Numbered from the stretch's first letter, positions 43,036 through 52,893 are shown. The stretch is 64,000 nucleotides of DNA from Elusimicrobiota bacterium (GCA_046153645.1 JBJXGI010000042.1:93097-157096); one strand, 5' to 3'. Made by a program: numbers and translations. Notes: a model not told the origin generated them from the letters alone.

Positions 43036-43154
43036 GTCCCTGCTCTGTTGGAAACCATCTATATGGCAACCATAAGTAAATTTAGAAAAAGATGGGTAAG
43101 GATAGAAAACCAAACACCGAAGGTCAAATAGATATCGCCGGGCAATTTATTTGG

Positions 43155-43183
43155 TTGCGGACACTTTTTTCAAAAGCTAAGAT
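43155..43183 (+). promoter_or_regulatory. Candidate rpmH promoter, possibly leaderless
   Basis: TTGCGG, a 17-nt spacer, then TAAGAT. The predicted transcription start lies within a few nt of the rpmH ATG, and no SD is present. Confidence 0.25.
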
Positions 43184-43192
43184 TTGCTCCTC

Positions 43193-43327
43193 ATGAAACC
43201 AAGTTATAATCCTAATAATAGACGACGAAAAAAGAAAATCGGATTCCGTGCCCGTATGAAAACAGCCGGTGGCCGAGCTGCATTAAGTCGTCGTCGCCAG
43301 AAAAAACGGAAACGACTCATTAAATAA
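43193..43327 (+). CDS. rpmH: 50S ribosomal protein L34
   Basis: The translation is [44 protein letters not shown] (44 aa). It is below the ORF-track size cutoff and divergent from dnaA. Confidence 0.92.
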   Translation: MKPSYNPNNRRRKKKIGFRARMKTAGGRAALSRRRQKKRKRLIK

Positions 43328-43402
43328 CCCAAGCGCGCCATAACCCCACTCTCCTTATATATAGCCTCAAACAGCGGAGGAGTTTTTTTAAGCGGTTCAT
43401 TT

Positions 43403-43621
43403 ATGAAAGCAGTGTTATTTTGGAGTATTCGTTTTTATCAAATTTGTATTTCTCCCTATTTGGGAGAAAGGTGTCGTTTTGTCCCCACTTGCTCCGAATA
43501 TTCCTTAGAGGCAATTCAGAAAATGGGTGCTTTCAAAGGAATTTTTTTATCTTTTAAAAGGATTGTGCGTTGTCATCCATGGGGAAAGCATGGCTACGAC
43601 CCGGTAATATATGAAAAGTGA
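43403..43621 (+). CDS. yidD: Membrane protein insertion efficiency factor YidD
   Basis: A 72-aa protein with the conserved segment [32 protein letters not shown]...[12 protein letters not shown]. Confidence 0.85.
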   Translation: MKAVLFWSIRFYQICISPYLGERCRFVPTCSEYSLEAIQKMGAFKGIFLSFKRIVRCHPWGKHGYDPVIYEK

Positions 43622-45191
43622 TAACAAGAATTTTATAATAGCCATTATCCTCACCATGGGGTTTCTGCTTTTGTGGAATGTGTTTGTGGTAAATAAGTAT
43701 GCGCCATCAAAAACAATTGATGGACAGTCGGTTTCTACCCCAAACAGCCCTCCTCCTCCAGTTGTAACCCAGCTATCAAATATTGATAAACCAATTGTTA
43801 AATCAGCCACTTCTCTACAAGAAATAGCTTTAGTTGGGAAAAATGAAATGGTAACCATTTCAAATCAAGGTGGCGTTGTCACCAGTTGGATATATAAGGA
43901 GTCTAAGAATAGTATTCAATTAATCGTCCCAAAAACCACTCCGTTAGCTTTATTCCCTGAACTTTTATATGCCATTGAAAAAGTAAGTGATAGCGAAGTT
44001 ATTTTAACAGCGGTTCACCCTGGCGGTTTTAATGTTATTAAAAGATTAAAATTATCTTCTGAACCTCCTTTTCATCAATTGAGTATTTCCTTTAACAATA
44101 TTTCTGAAACTCCTGTTGTGGCTAAGGGTGATTTAACCTGGATTGGCGGAATAGATCAGCATATTGTTTCTGAGCCCTATGATGAAAAACAAGATTCCAC
44201 CACGATGATGGAAAATCGCGCCGTGGGTTTAGCAACCCAAGTGCGGAGCTGGACAATCCCTGGTTTTTTCTCTAAAAGTAGTTTTGAACAAACTTCGGCT
44301 GGACCATTTTCTTGGGTTGGCGTTGATAACTCTCCTTTTTTAGTTTCTTTTATACCAGTTGATTCAACCATCGATAACATTTTCGTTCAAGGTAAAAAAA
44401 AGACCCCAACAAATTTATCCATTCCCATCCATGCCAATTTAAACCCCAAAGAATCAAAGACAGTTCACTTTCAACTTTATGTTGGGCCGAAGAGTTTTGA
44501 AGAGTTAAAAAAATTGCCATACCATTTGGATAAGTCTATTGATTTTGGTTTTTTTGGTCTTATTGCTAAATTATTATTAGGAACTCTACACTTCTTTTAT
44601 AAATGGACAGGTAACTTTGGATGGGCGATTATTATTGTTACTCTTCTTATTCAATTTTTGATGATTCCATTAACCAAGAAAAATTTTCACCACGCAGCAC
44701 GAATGAAAGAACTACAACCCCAGTTGAAAAAATTACAAGATCAGTTTAAAGGTGATCCGAAGCGAATGCAAATTGAAACCATGAATTTATATCGTAAACA
44801 GGGAATGAAATTTATGGGGATGGAAGGATGTTTGCCAATTATTTTGCAGATTCCTGTATTTTTTGCTTTTTACTCTGCTCTTCGAGTCGCTTATGAGCTT
44901 CGAGGAGCGCCTTGGATGCTTTGGATTCAAGATTTATCAAAAGCCGATCCTTATTATGTGCTTCCTATATTAATGGGAATCGGTATGTTTTTTCAACAAA
45001 AAATGTCTAATGCCACTATCGATCCAGCTCAAGCCAAAGTCATGATGTTTATGCCGATTATTTTTACCTTTATGTTTTTCGCGATGCCCTCAGGATTATG
45101 TTTATATTGGGTGGTCAATAGTTTAGTCACTATTGTTATTCAGCAATTTTTTAAATGGCGCCAAAGTCAAATTTCCGCTCAACCCGCTTAA
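43611..45191 (+). CDS. yidC: Membrane protein insertase YidC
   Basis: N-terminal transmembrane helix, a large periplasmic domain, and a C-terminal five-helix core (PLTKKNF...[35 protein letters not shown]). Confidence 0.93.
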   Translation: MKSDNKNFIIAIILTMGFLLLWNVFVVNKYAPSKTIDGQSVSTPNSPPPPVVTQLSNIDKPIVKSATSLQEIALVGKNEMVTISNQGGVVTSWIYKESKNSIQLIVPKTTPLALFPELLYAIEKVSDSEVILTAVHPGGFNVIKRLKLSSEPPFHQLSISFNNISETPVVAKGDLTWIGGIDQHIVSEPYDEKQDSTTMMENRAVGLATQVRSWTIPGFFSKSSFEQTSAGPFSWVGVDNSPFLVSFIPVDSTIDNIFVQGKKKTPTNLSIPIHANLNPKESKTVHFQLYVGPKSFEELKKLPYHLDKSIDFGFFGLIAKLLLGTLHFFYKWTGNFGWAIIIVTLLIQFLMIPLTKKNFHHAARMKELQPQLKKLQDQFKGDPKRMQIETMNLYRKQGMKFMGMEGCLPIILQIPVFFAFYSALRVAYELRGAPWMLWIQDLSKADPYYVLPILMGIGMFFQQKMSNATIDPAQAKVMMFMPIIFTFMFFAMPSGLCLYWVVNSLVTIVIQQFFKWRQSQISAQPA

Positions 45192-45208
45192 CAACACATG
45201 GAGTTTCT

Positions 45209-46591
45209 TTGAACTCCCATACATATAATTCTACCGATACAATTACAGCCATTACAACGCCCATGGGTGAAGGTGGTCTTGGGGTTATTCGAGTTTCAGG
45301 ATCTCAAGCGATAACCCTTTCCTCTCAAGTTTTTAAAAAATCAGGCCATTCTTTATTAACTGTTCCTTCTCATACCCTTCATCATGGATGGATTCATAAC
45401 AATGGAAAAATGATAGATGAAGTGATAGCGGCTGTTTTCCATGCACCACATTCCTATACAGGTGAACATATTATTGAGTTTTCATGTCATGGAAGCCCTG
45501 TTATCTTAAAAGAAATTCTTTTGCTCTTAATTGAAAGAGGTGCTCGCCAAGCATTACCAGGCGAATTCACTCAAAGAGCCTATTTGAATGGGAAAATGGA
45601 TCTAATGCAAGCTGAATCAGTCGCGGAACTAATTCATGCTAAATCTTTTGAATCGGCCCAAGTGGCATTTGAGCATCTAAGAGGAAATTTAAGTTCGCGC
45701 TTAAAAAAAATTCAAACTTCACTGATTGATTTGTTAGCTCATGTGGAAGCAAATTTAGATTTTGTTGAGGAAGATATTCCACCTCTACAAAAACAAGAAA
45801 TGATTGAAAAAATCAGTCAAATTAAAAAAGAGATAGAGACTATTTTAGCCACCAGTGTTCGTGGCAAGGTGCTCTTAGATGGGGTGAAGGTTGTTTTGGC
45901 CGGCGAACCAAATGTTGGGAAATCTTCTTTGTTTAATGCGTTATTATCTCGAGATCGAGCGATTGTCACTCATATTCCCGGAACAACTCGCGATGTTTTA
46001 GAAGATTCAGTTGTTTGGGAAGGATGGCCAATTCTTTTGCAAGATACCGCTGGCCTAAGAAATTCTATAGATCAAGTTGAACAAGAAGGGCAGCGCCGGG
46101 CGAAAGAGGCTCATAATCAAGCAGATATAATTCTATATGTTATTGACGGGTCAATTAACGTTCTTAATATTGATTTGGTTTTAAAAGAATTTGATTCTAA
46201 AAAAACCATTATTGTTATTAATAAGTCTGATACTTTTTCTAATAAAAAAACTTTTAATATTCCTTCTTCATATCAACAAATTCAAACTTCAGCTAAATCA
46301 GGAGAGGGAATTAATGATTTGATGAAAGCGTGTTTAAATCTTTTGACAAAGAAGATTGGCGTGCCTGCTGCAGAGGGAATTGTTCTCACTCAAGTAAGGC
46401 ATATTCATCATATGGAAAAGATAAATGAACATTTAGGAAGGTCAGTCATCAATGCTGGAAAAAATCAAACAGAAGAAGCCTTAAGCTTGGATTTAAGATC
46501 TGCTCTTGAAGAACTTAGCCAAATGACAGGAGAGTCTATTAATGAGCAGGTGCTTGATTCTATCTTTCGTCAGTTTTGTATAGGAAAGTGA
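45209..46591 (+). CDS. mnmE: tRNA modification GTPase MnmE. TTG start at 45209 with SD GGAG 5 nt upstream; the ORF-track Met at 45155 is inside yidC.
   Basis: N-terminal DTITAITTPMGEGGLGVIRVSG, G-domain GEPNVGKSSLFNALL ... DTAGLR ... NKSD, and the C-terminal CIGK tetrapeptide. Confidence 0.93.
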   Translation: MNSHTYNSTDTITAITTPMGEGGLGVIRVSGSQAITLSSQVFKKSGHSLLTVPSHTLHHGWIHNNGKMIDEVIAAVFHAPHSYTGEHIIEFSCHGSPVILKEILLLLIERGARQALPGEFTQRAYLNGKMDLMQAESVAELIHAKSFESAQVAFEHLRGNLSSRLKKIQTSLIDLLAHVEANLDFVEEDIPPLQKQEMIEKISQIKKEIETILATSVRGKVLLDGVKVVLAGEPNVGKSSLFNALLSRDRAIVTHIPGTTRDVLEDSVVWEGWPILLQDTAGLRNSIDQVEQEGQRRAKEAHNQADIILYVIDGSINVLNIDLVLKEFDSKKTIIVINKSDTFSNKKTFNIPSSYQQIQTSAKSGEGINDLMKACLNLLTKKIGVPAAEGIVLTQVRHIHHMEKINEHLGRSVINAGKNQTEEALSLDLRSALEELSQMTGESINEQVLDSIFRQFCIGK

Positions 46592-46608
46592 TAAACTTTT
46601 TAATTGAG

Positions 46609-47325
46609 ATGAAACAAACAATTCTTTTTCTTTTCGATTTAGATGGAACCCTGGTCACAACGGGTGGCGCAGGGCTTCGTGCTTTAGGGAAAGTTTTTCA
46701 AGAGCTTTATAATATTCAAGATGTTTGGAGTTCCATTAATCCCAGTGGAAAAACCGATCACGCTATATTTAGAGAAATCATTCATAAATTTTTGGATCGT
46801 CCCATGTCAGACAATGAAATTAAGCCCATCGCCGAAAAGTACATAAGTTATTTGGATCACGAAATTAATAGTACTCCCCATCATGTAAAACCGTTGAAGG
46901 GAGTCATTGAGTTTTTAGATGAATGTAAAAAGAAAACACATATTTTTTCTGCCTTAGGGACCGGGAACCTCGAACAAGGGGCTCGAATTAAACTAAAACC
47001 AACAGGGCTTAATGATTATTTTGAATTGGGAGGATTTGGTTCTGATGCTGAGGCTCGATACGAAGTGTTAAAAGCAGGCCATGCAAAAGTTGAGGAGAAA
47101 TTAGGAGCCACCATTCATCCTGATTATGTGTTTGTTTTGGGCGATACAATATTGGATGTATCAGCAGCAAGGAAAGCTCAATTTAAAGCCGTCGCTATTG
47201 CCAGTGGTGGAAGTTCATATGCCGAACTCGAAAGATCCAAACCAGATTTTCTATTTCAAGATATGAATGACGCATTAAAACTTTTGGATGCTATCGATAA
47301 TTTAGATACTCTTACTCCTGCATGA
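46609..47325 (+). CDS. HAD-superfamily hydrolase. Likely start MKQTILF at 46609.
   Basis: Motif I FDLDGTLV and the C-terminal DT..D motif (LGDTILDVSAARKA). Confidence 0.7.
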   Translation: MKQTILFLFDLDGTLVTTGGAGLRALGKVFQELYNIQDVWSSINPSGKTDHAIFREIIHKFLDRPMSDNEIKPIAEKYISYLDHEINSTPHHVKPLKGVIEFLDECKKKTHIFSALGTGNLEQGARIKLKPTGLNDYFELGGFGSDAEARYEVLKAGHAKVEEKLGATIHPDYVFVLGDTILDVSAARKAQFKAVAIASGGSSYAELERSKPDFLFQDMNDALKLLDAIDNLDTLTPA

Positions 47326-49598
47326 AAGATTTAAGTGCCTTTCTCATTACAACCGGTCGTACCTTAGCACAGATGGCACTCTACGCTCCTGATCATCCGG
47401 CTGTCAAAAACATGGTTGATGAATCCCATCAGGCGCTAACAAAGATTTTGACACAAGAATCTGAGTTGATCCTTTCTTCGATTGAAGGAAAAATTCTTGT
47501 TAATGGTCAACCCGCAGAAGAAGTTCCAGAAGCAGCACTCCGGCCTTTTTTGGTTATTATTAATACCTATGGTTTACATAGCATGGGTTTTCTAAAAGGC
47601 ATTACTCGTGATGAAATGGTGGCTTTTTTTCGCCTTTCTTCAAATCAAGAACTAAAAAAAGGGGCGATTGACTTATCAGGATATCTTGAGACCAACAGCA
47701 TAAAATCCATTCAGCTTAACCAAGCTCGTTACGCCAAAATTAAAGAAGGGGAACAAGTTGGTCATAATAATTCTCTTTCTTCTCCCTCAATTTCCGATCA
47801 AAAAGTAACTGTTGAACAATTTGAACATTTACCTTTAAATGATGTGATTTCAAAACTCATTCAACAAGCGATTCCCGATCCTGCTATTCAGGCGCTTCTT
47901 ATTGCTAAAGTTCTCGATTTAGTTAAAAAAGAAATTGATAGCGCTATTGAAAAAGTTGTCAAAGAATTTAACAAAGAAAAACTACGAATTACCAACGAGA
48001 GAGAAAGAACAGAAGGTGTTTTAACCAACATGGCCGATGGTGTGGTGGTTGTTGACGAAGCGGGTCGCGTTCTTATGATGAATCCGGTCGCTGAACAAAT
48101 TTATGGCGTTAAGTTGGGTGATAGTCTTGGTAAGCCGCTGTGGGAAGGGGTCCGGGGCGAACAAATGGTGGCCTTGGCCAAAGATTTAACTCTTCCCACT
48201 GAACAACCCATAACCAAAGAAGTAAGCATCCTTGGTGATGAAGATGTCAAAAAAACATTAAGAGCCAGTCAGGCCACCGTGCAAGATGTCAATGGTCGTG
48301 TGGTCGGTATGGTTTCTGTGGTATCAGATGTCACAAAACAAAAAGAACTTAATCGTCTTCAAACGGAATTTATGGCCAATGTCACTCATGATTTACGTTC
48401 CCCTATTCATGCTATTAAACTTTCCGTGGCTGCTATTTTAGAAGGAGCCGCTGGGCCCACAACACCTGAGGCCAATAAAATGTTAACGGTGGCCAACAAA
48501 AATATAGAACGGCTTTCTCGCCTTATTAATGACCTTCTTGATTTTTCAAAAATTGAATCTGGCCGCATGGAGATTAATCAACAAGAGGTAGAAATTGAAC
48601 CGCTTTTACAAGAAGCAGCCAGTAGCATGGAATCTTGGTCCAAAAGCCGTGGAGTATTTATTTCAGTTGAGAAATCAGGAACCGCGCTTCCTACTTTTTC
48701 TGATAGTGATCGAATTCTGCAAGTTGTGAATAATCTTATCTCAAATGCCATTAAATTTACTCCCGCTGGAGGAAACATTAAATTAAGAGCTATAAACACC
48801 CAGGAAAATGGAAAGAATTTTGTTATGGTTCAGGTAGAAGATTCTGGAAAAGGAATTTCAGAAGAAGATCAAAAAAGAATTTTTGAACGTTTTGTTCAAT
48901 TAAAACAAAATGAAAAACACGATATTAGAGGAACGGGGTTGGGTTTAAGTATTTGTCGAGCTTATATTGATTTGCACGGAGGAAAATTGTCCGTTCAGAG
49001 TCCCGTTCCAGGTGGGTCTTGTGGAACCGTTTTTTCTTTTACGCTTCCAGCTATGGAAAGAAGCGCTTCTGTTCAATCTCCACTGCCACCTTTTTTTGAG
49101 CCTTATCAACAAAAATCAAACAAAAAAGGATTTTGGAAGAATTTTTTTAGATTGGGTATTTGGCTTTTTATTGGTTTTATGTTTTCTTCTCAAGTGTGGG
49201 CACGCCCTTATTCAGGCTGGGTACGACGTGTATTATCGCCCAATCTCATTCAACTTCGAGATGGAACCACGGTTCGATATCTTGGTATTCAAACACCTGA
49301 ACAAAATAGTCCTCTCTATGCGGAAGCTGTAGCAGCCAATCGATCTTGGATTGAAAACAAAGAAATACAAATTCGCTATGGTTCACAAGAACGCGATACC
49401 ACCGGTGCTTGGTTGGGATATGTTTTTGTGGAAGGAATCTTGGTTAATGAGGAATTGGTTAAAAGTGGAATGGCCACTGTTTCTCGATTACCAAATGAAA
49501 AAGGATATTTACCTCAATTGTTATCAGCAGAACGATACGCTCGGCGTAAGAAAAAAGGTTTTTGGAGTGACGCTGCCATTCCCGCACTCAATCCATGA
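47322..49598 (+). CDS. PAS sensor histidine kinase fused through a signal-peptide-like transmembrane helix to a C-terminal degenerate SNase (thermonuclease-like) domain
   Basis: PAS domain (MADGVVVVDEAGRVLMMNPVAEQIYG), HisKA (FMANVTHDLRSPIHAI) and HATPase_c (DSGKGISEEDQKRIFERF..GTGLGLSI). A hydrophobic segment FFRLGIWLFIGFMFSSQVWA-RP follows. The SNase-like domain reads LRDGTTVRYLGIQTPE ... GFWS, so IDGDT is replaced by RDGTT and GIDTPE by GIQTPE. Confidence 0.75.
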   Translation: MKDLSAFLITTGRTLAQMALYAPDHPAVKNMVDESHQALTKILTQESELILSSIEGKILVNGQPAEEVPEAALRPFLVIINTYGLHSMGFLKGITRDEMVAFFRLSSNQELKKGAIDLSGYLETNSIKSIQLNQARYAKIKEGEQVGHNNSLSSPSISDQKVTVEQFEHLPLNDVISKLIQQAIPDPAIQALLIAKVLDLVKKEIDSAIEKVVKEFNKEKLRITNERERTEGVLTNMADGVVVVDEAGRVLMMNPVAEQIYGVKLGDSLGKPLWEGVRGEQMVALAKDLTLPTEQPITKEVSILGDEDVKKTLRASQATVQDVNGRVVGMVSVVSDVTKQKELNRLQTEFMANVTHDLRSPIHAIKLSVAAILEGAAGPTTPEANKMLTVANKNIERLSRLINDLLDFSKIESGRMEINQQEVEIEPLLQEAASSMESWSKSRGVFISVEKSGTALPTFSDSDRILQVVNNLISNAIKFTPAGGNIKLRAINTQENGKNFVMVQVEDSGKGISEEDQKRIFERFVQLKQNEKHDIRGTGLGLSICRAYIDLHGGKLSVQSPVPGGSCGTVFSFTLPAMERSASVQSPLPPFFEPYQQKSNKKGFWKNFFRLGIWLFIGFMFSSQVWARPYSGWVRRVLSPNLIQLRDGTTVRYLGIQTPEQNSPLYAEAVAANRSWIENKEIQIRYGSQERDTTGAWLGYVFVEGILVNEELVKSGMATVSRLPNEKGYLPQLLSAERYARRKKKGFWSDAAIPALNP

Positions 49599-50476
49599 CA
49601 GTTCTTTCAGCAGACCAACCTGTTTGGTCTAAATCTCGTGTTTCCACGTTTAAAGAATGCCAGCGAAAGTTTCTCTTTTCTGGGCCAACCATCAACAGCT
49701 TTAAGATAAGTGAAGAAACAAAAACCGAAGTTCTTCGGCTCAAAAAAATAAAAAACCGTTTTCTTTGGACCGGTTCATTTATTCATGAGGCTATTGGTCA
49801 TCTTCTCAAACAAGTTCGTCAGGGAGAGAAAGTTTTTGATATCGAGGAAATCTTAAGTAAGTTCAAAATTTCCATGCGAGAACAATTTGTGAATTCAAAG
49901 TCACAGACGCTTTCCGCCAGTCGTCTTTTTGAACATGAATTTCAAATACAGATCGCTCAGGAAGAATGGAAAAGGCAGTGGGACAATGTAGAAAAAACAA
50001 TTCGGTGGTTTTTTCAATCCAGTTGGTTTTTGAAACTTAAAGATTTAGGGCCTGAGAGTTGGAAGGTTATTGATGAGGTGGTCCGTTTTGAATTAAACGG
50101 AACACAGGCTTACGCCAAAATTGATTGTGCCGTTGAGGTGAAAGGAAATTTTTTCCTTATTGATTGGAAAACCAGCTCATCAATGGAGAGTTCCGCTTTA
50201 AAAGTTGCCGCACTTTATTCTTTTGAGCAATGGGGTGCCGATCCTTCCAATGTGCAGGCTCACGCGGTTAATTTATTTACAGGCAAATCTGAACGGATTG
50301 ATATTGATGAAGACGCACTTATGGAAACTCAAATGAAAATTGAAGAGGAAGCCGCTCAATTATTTGAAGCCCAAACTCAATTGGGCGATGATCCGTTAAA
50401 ATTGCCTATGGCCTCTTCACAAGCTTGTTTACAATGTTCCTATCAAAAAATATGTCATCCCAACGGAATTCTTTAG
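49595..50476 (+). CDS. PD-(D/E)XK nuclease with a Cas4-like four-Cys cluster
   Basis: Core IDCAVEVKGNFFLIDWKT (D..EVK). Cys residues are the N-terminal ECQRK plus the C-terminal CLQCSYQKIC (C-x2-C-x5-C). ATGA start/stop overlap with the kinase gene. Confidence 0.6.
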   Translation: MTVLSADQPVWSKSRVSTFKECQRKFLFSGPTINSFKISEETKTEVLRLKKIKNRFLWTGSFIHEAIGHLLKQVRQGEKVFDIEEILSKFKISMREQFVNSKSQTLSASRLFEHEFQIQIAQEEWKRQWDNVEKTIRWFFQSSWFLKLKDLGPESWKVIDEVVRFELNGTQAYAKIDCAVEVKGNFFLIDWKTSSSMESSALKVAALYSFEQWGADPSNVQAHAVNLFTGKSERIDIDEDALMETQMKIEEEAAQLFEAQTQLGDDPLKLPMASSQACLQCSYQKICHPNGIL

Positions 50477-50491
50477 AACTTTCACTCTCCC

Positions 50492-51076
50492 ATGGACGCT
50501 TATTTCCAATTCAAAAAAAATCTCATTGAATCCCATTGTTCTAAATGTACTGATTTATGTTCTGGTCGAACGAACATCGTTGTTGATCGAGGCAATCCGG
50601 CTGCCAAAATAATGATTATTGGAGAGGCTCCTGGGGCCAATGAAGATTTAACGGGACAGGCATTTGTGGGTCGCGGAGGAAAATTATTAGATGCTCTTCT
50701 CTCCTCAGTTGGAATTCAAACGAATACCGATACTATTATCGCCAACGTTGTTAAGTGTCGTCCTCCCAACAATCGGCCACCCACGCAAGCAGAAGCCGAC
50801 CATTGTTTACCTTATTTGAAAGAACAAATTAATTTAGTTAAGCCGAAAGTAATTTTGCTTTTAGGCGCTACAGCCGCCAAACATTTAATCCCCGAACATA
50901 AAGATAAAAGTATGAAAGAACGAGTGGGAAAATTTTTTGATTTACCTGAATACCCACAAATTAAATTTCAAATTTTATTTCATCCCGCCTATATATTGCG
51001 TGATCCTAGAAAAAAGAAAGACATGTTGGAGCATTTAGGGTTTCTAAAGGAAATGCTAGAAAAAAGTAACGGTTAA
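50492..51076 (+). CDS. Family-4 uracil-DNA glycosylase (Fe-S type)
   Basis: N-terminal Cys cluster CSKCTDLCSGRTNIVV and motif A IMIIGEAPGANEDLTGQAFVGRGGKLLD. C-terminal HPAYILR. Confidence 0.85.
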   Translation: MDAYFQFKKNLIESHCSKCTDLCSGRTNIVVDRGNPAAKIMIIGEAPGANEDLTGQAFVGRGGKLLDALLSSVGIQTNTDTIIANVVKCRPPNNRPPTQAEADHCLPYLKEQINLVKPKVILLLGATAAKHLIPEHKDKSMKERVGKFFDLPEYPQIKFQILFHPAYILRDPRKKKDMLEHLGFLKEMLEKSNG

Positions 51077-51210
51077 AATTGTTGATAATCAATCATTTAA
51101 TCCCATTTCCCCGTTAATTTACAAAAATATTATTTAGATAAAAAAAATGGTGCTTTTTTAAAAAATCGGAGTAGAATAATCCACATGCCTCACTAAGGAG
51201 GACACCCCCC

Positions 51211-51729
51211 ATGATTATTTTGACTTTAGATTTTGATCCCATTATTCAGTCTATGAGAGATATTTCTCGTGAACGAAATGAATATTATCTCCATTTAAAA
51301 TCCGGTCAAGTGATGGCGATATCACGCGAGCTCATGTGTTCATTAGGACGAAGTCGCGAAGATCAATTGGAAATTCTTCCAAGTTGGGATTCCGTTATGA
51401 TCCCCATTGCCCGAGAAATTGTTATTAAAGGCTCCAATGATTATGTACGAATTCCAGAAGCTTTTGGTCAGTGTGAACATCGTTGGATGACAGAATTTGC
51501 ATTCAATACTTTTTTCCCCAAATTAAGAGAGAAATTAACCTTGGCGCTTCGGGGACGCGGATCTTGTTCTCGCTTTAGAGAACTCTTAAAACAAGATCGT
51601 CAGGAACTTCAGCGTTGGAATAAATTTTGTGAAAATAAGTGGGAAGAAAAAATAAAAATCTGGCTTGAAAGCCATGCCATTTTAGCGGTTCCAGCACCTG
51701 TTTCTAAATCAAAAACAAAAGCAGCTTAA
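51211..51729 (+). CDS. Hypothetical protein
   Basis: A 172-aa ORF with SD TAAGGAGGA. No recognised domain. Confidence 0.45.
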   Translation: MIILTLDFDPIIQSMRDISRERNEYYLHLKSGQVMAISRELMCSLGRSREDQLEILPSWDSVMIPIAREIVIKGSNDYVRIPEAFGQCEHRWMTEFAFNTFFPKLREKLTLALRGRGSCSRFRELLKQDRQELQRWNKFCENKWEEKIKIWLESHAILAVPAPVSKSKTKAA

Positions 51730-51768
51730 ATAAAATTTGTAAAAATCAGTTACCTATTATTTCTTTTC

Positions 51769-52893
51769 ATGAAGCTAAACCCACGTACTGTTCTGCTTTC
51801 TCCCACTGCTTTTAAAGGAACCTTGTCGCCTTTAGAAGTCACTTCTCTTATGAAGGTGGCCATTAAGAAAAAATGGCGTGAGGCAAAAATAATTGAGGCG
51901 CCTTTAGCCGATGGGGGCGATGGGACATTGGAGGTTCTCCAAGATTTTTTTAAAGGAAAAATTTGTAAGAAAAAAGTTCATGGGCCGCTTGGAAAACCTG
52001 TTTTGGCACCATGGATTTTTATTAAAACCAATCCACATGTAAAGGTTAAAACTGCGCTCATAGAAATGGCCAAAGCATCGGGGCTCGCATTGGTTAAAGG
52101 GCAAAATAAAATTTTAGAAGCCACCACTTTTGGAACAGGCGAACTTATTTTAGAGGCGATCAAAAAAGGATGTAAACACATTATTATAGGTGTGGGGGGA
52201 ACAGCAACTGCCGATGGTGGGGCGGGTGCGCTTCAGGCGCTTGGTTATCAATATTTTAATTCAAAAAAAAAAGAATTAGAGGCTTCACCAGAAGAAATGA
52301 TTCACTTTTCTTATTATGATCAAAAGCATGTTTATCCGCAGCTTAAAAATGTTCAATTCACTATTATTAGTGATGTCACCAACCCCTTATTGGGTCCTCA
52401 GGGATCTGCCAAAACATTTGGACCTCAAAAAGGAGCCACTCCTTCTCAAGTGAAGTTTTTGGAACGAGTTATGCAAGTCTGGGCCAAACAAGCTCCCAGA
52501 AATGTGGCTCGTTATCCGGGTGTTGGAGCGGCGGGAGGTCTTTCTTTTGGACTTAAATCTTTTCTCAACGCCAAAATTGTTCAGGGAACTCCCTATGTGA
52601 TGGAACTGTTCCAATGGAAAGAAAAAGCCAAAAATGCCGATATTATTCTAACGGGCGAAGGTCAGTTGGATAAAACCAGTTTTTCAGGAAAAGTGATTGG
52701 AGCCATTTGTGAGAATACGCCTAAGAAAATTTTAGTCGTCTGTGGAAAAAATAGGTTATCCAAGGCAGAATATAGAAATAAAGGAATTTTTCATGTCATC
52801 GAAATGGGGCCGCAAGGGCTAAAAAATCCAAAAGAAAGTTTAATAAAAGAAATGAAAAGATATTTTAGTAATGACGTGAGGGAATTTTTTTAA
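51769..52893 (+). CDS. Glycerate kinase (GlxK/GarK family)
   Basis: N-terminal PTAFKGTLSPLEV, ADGGDGTLE and GVGGTATADGGAGALQALG motifs. Confidence 0.8.
   Translation: MKLNPRTVLLSPTAFKGTLSPLEVTSLMKVAIKKKWREAKIIEAPLADGGDGTLEVLQDFFKGKICKKKVHGPLGKPVLAPWIFIKTNPHVKVKTALIEMAKASGLALVKGQNKILEATTFGTGELILEAIKKGCKHIIIGVGGTATADGGAGALQALGYQYFNSKKKELEASPEEMIHFSYYDQKHVYPQLKNVQFTIISDVTNPLLGPQGSAKTFGPQKGATPSQVKFLERVMQVWAKQAPRNVARYPGVGAAGGLSFGLKSFLNAKIVQGTPYVMELFQWKEKAKNADIILTGEGQLDKTSFSGKVIGAICENTPKKILVVCGKNRLSKAEYRNKGIFHVIEMGPQGLKNPKESLIKEMKRYFSNDVREFF

Noticed and set aside
43036-43113. 26-aa N-terminal extension of dnaA (MVFYPYPSF...)
   Set aside because: It is not DnaA-like, and the internal Met at 43035 gives the canonical domain I start. 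Likewise the TTG at 41510 for dnaN was replaced by ATG 41471, which has an SD.
45155-45208. mnmE ORF-track start overlapping the yidC 3' end
   Set aside because: TTG at 45209 with GGAG 5 nt upstream gives the conserved MnmE N-terminus without gene overlap.
48967-49632. ORFs 48967..49332 and 49351..49632 in alternative frames of the histidine-kinase gene
   Set aside because: They are out of frame with a well-supported kinase-SNase ORF. Their Cys/Phe-rich composition is typical of AT-rich frame shadows.
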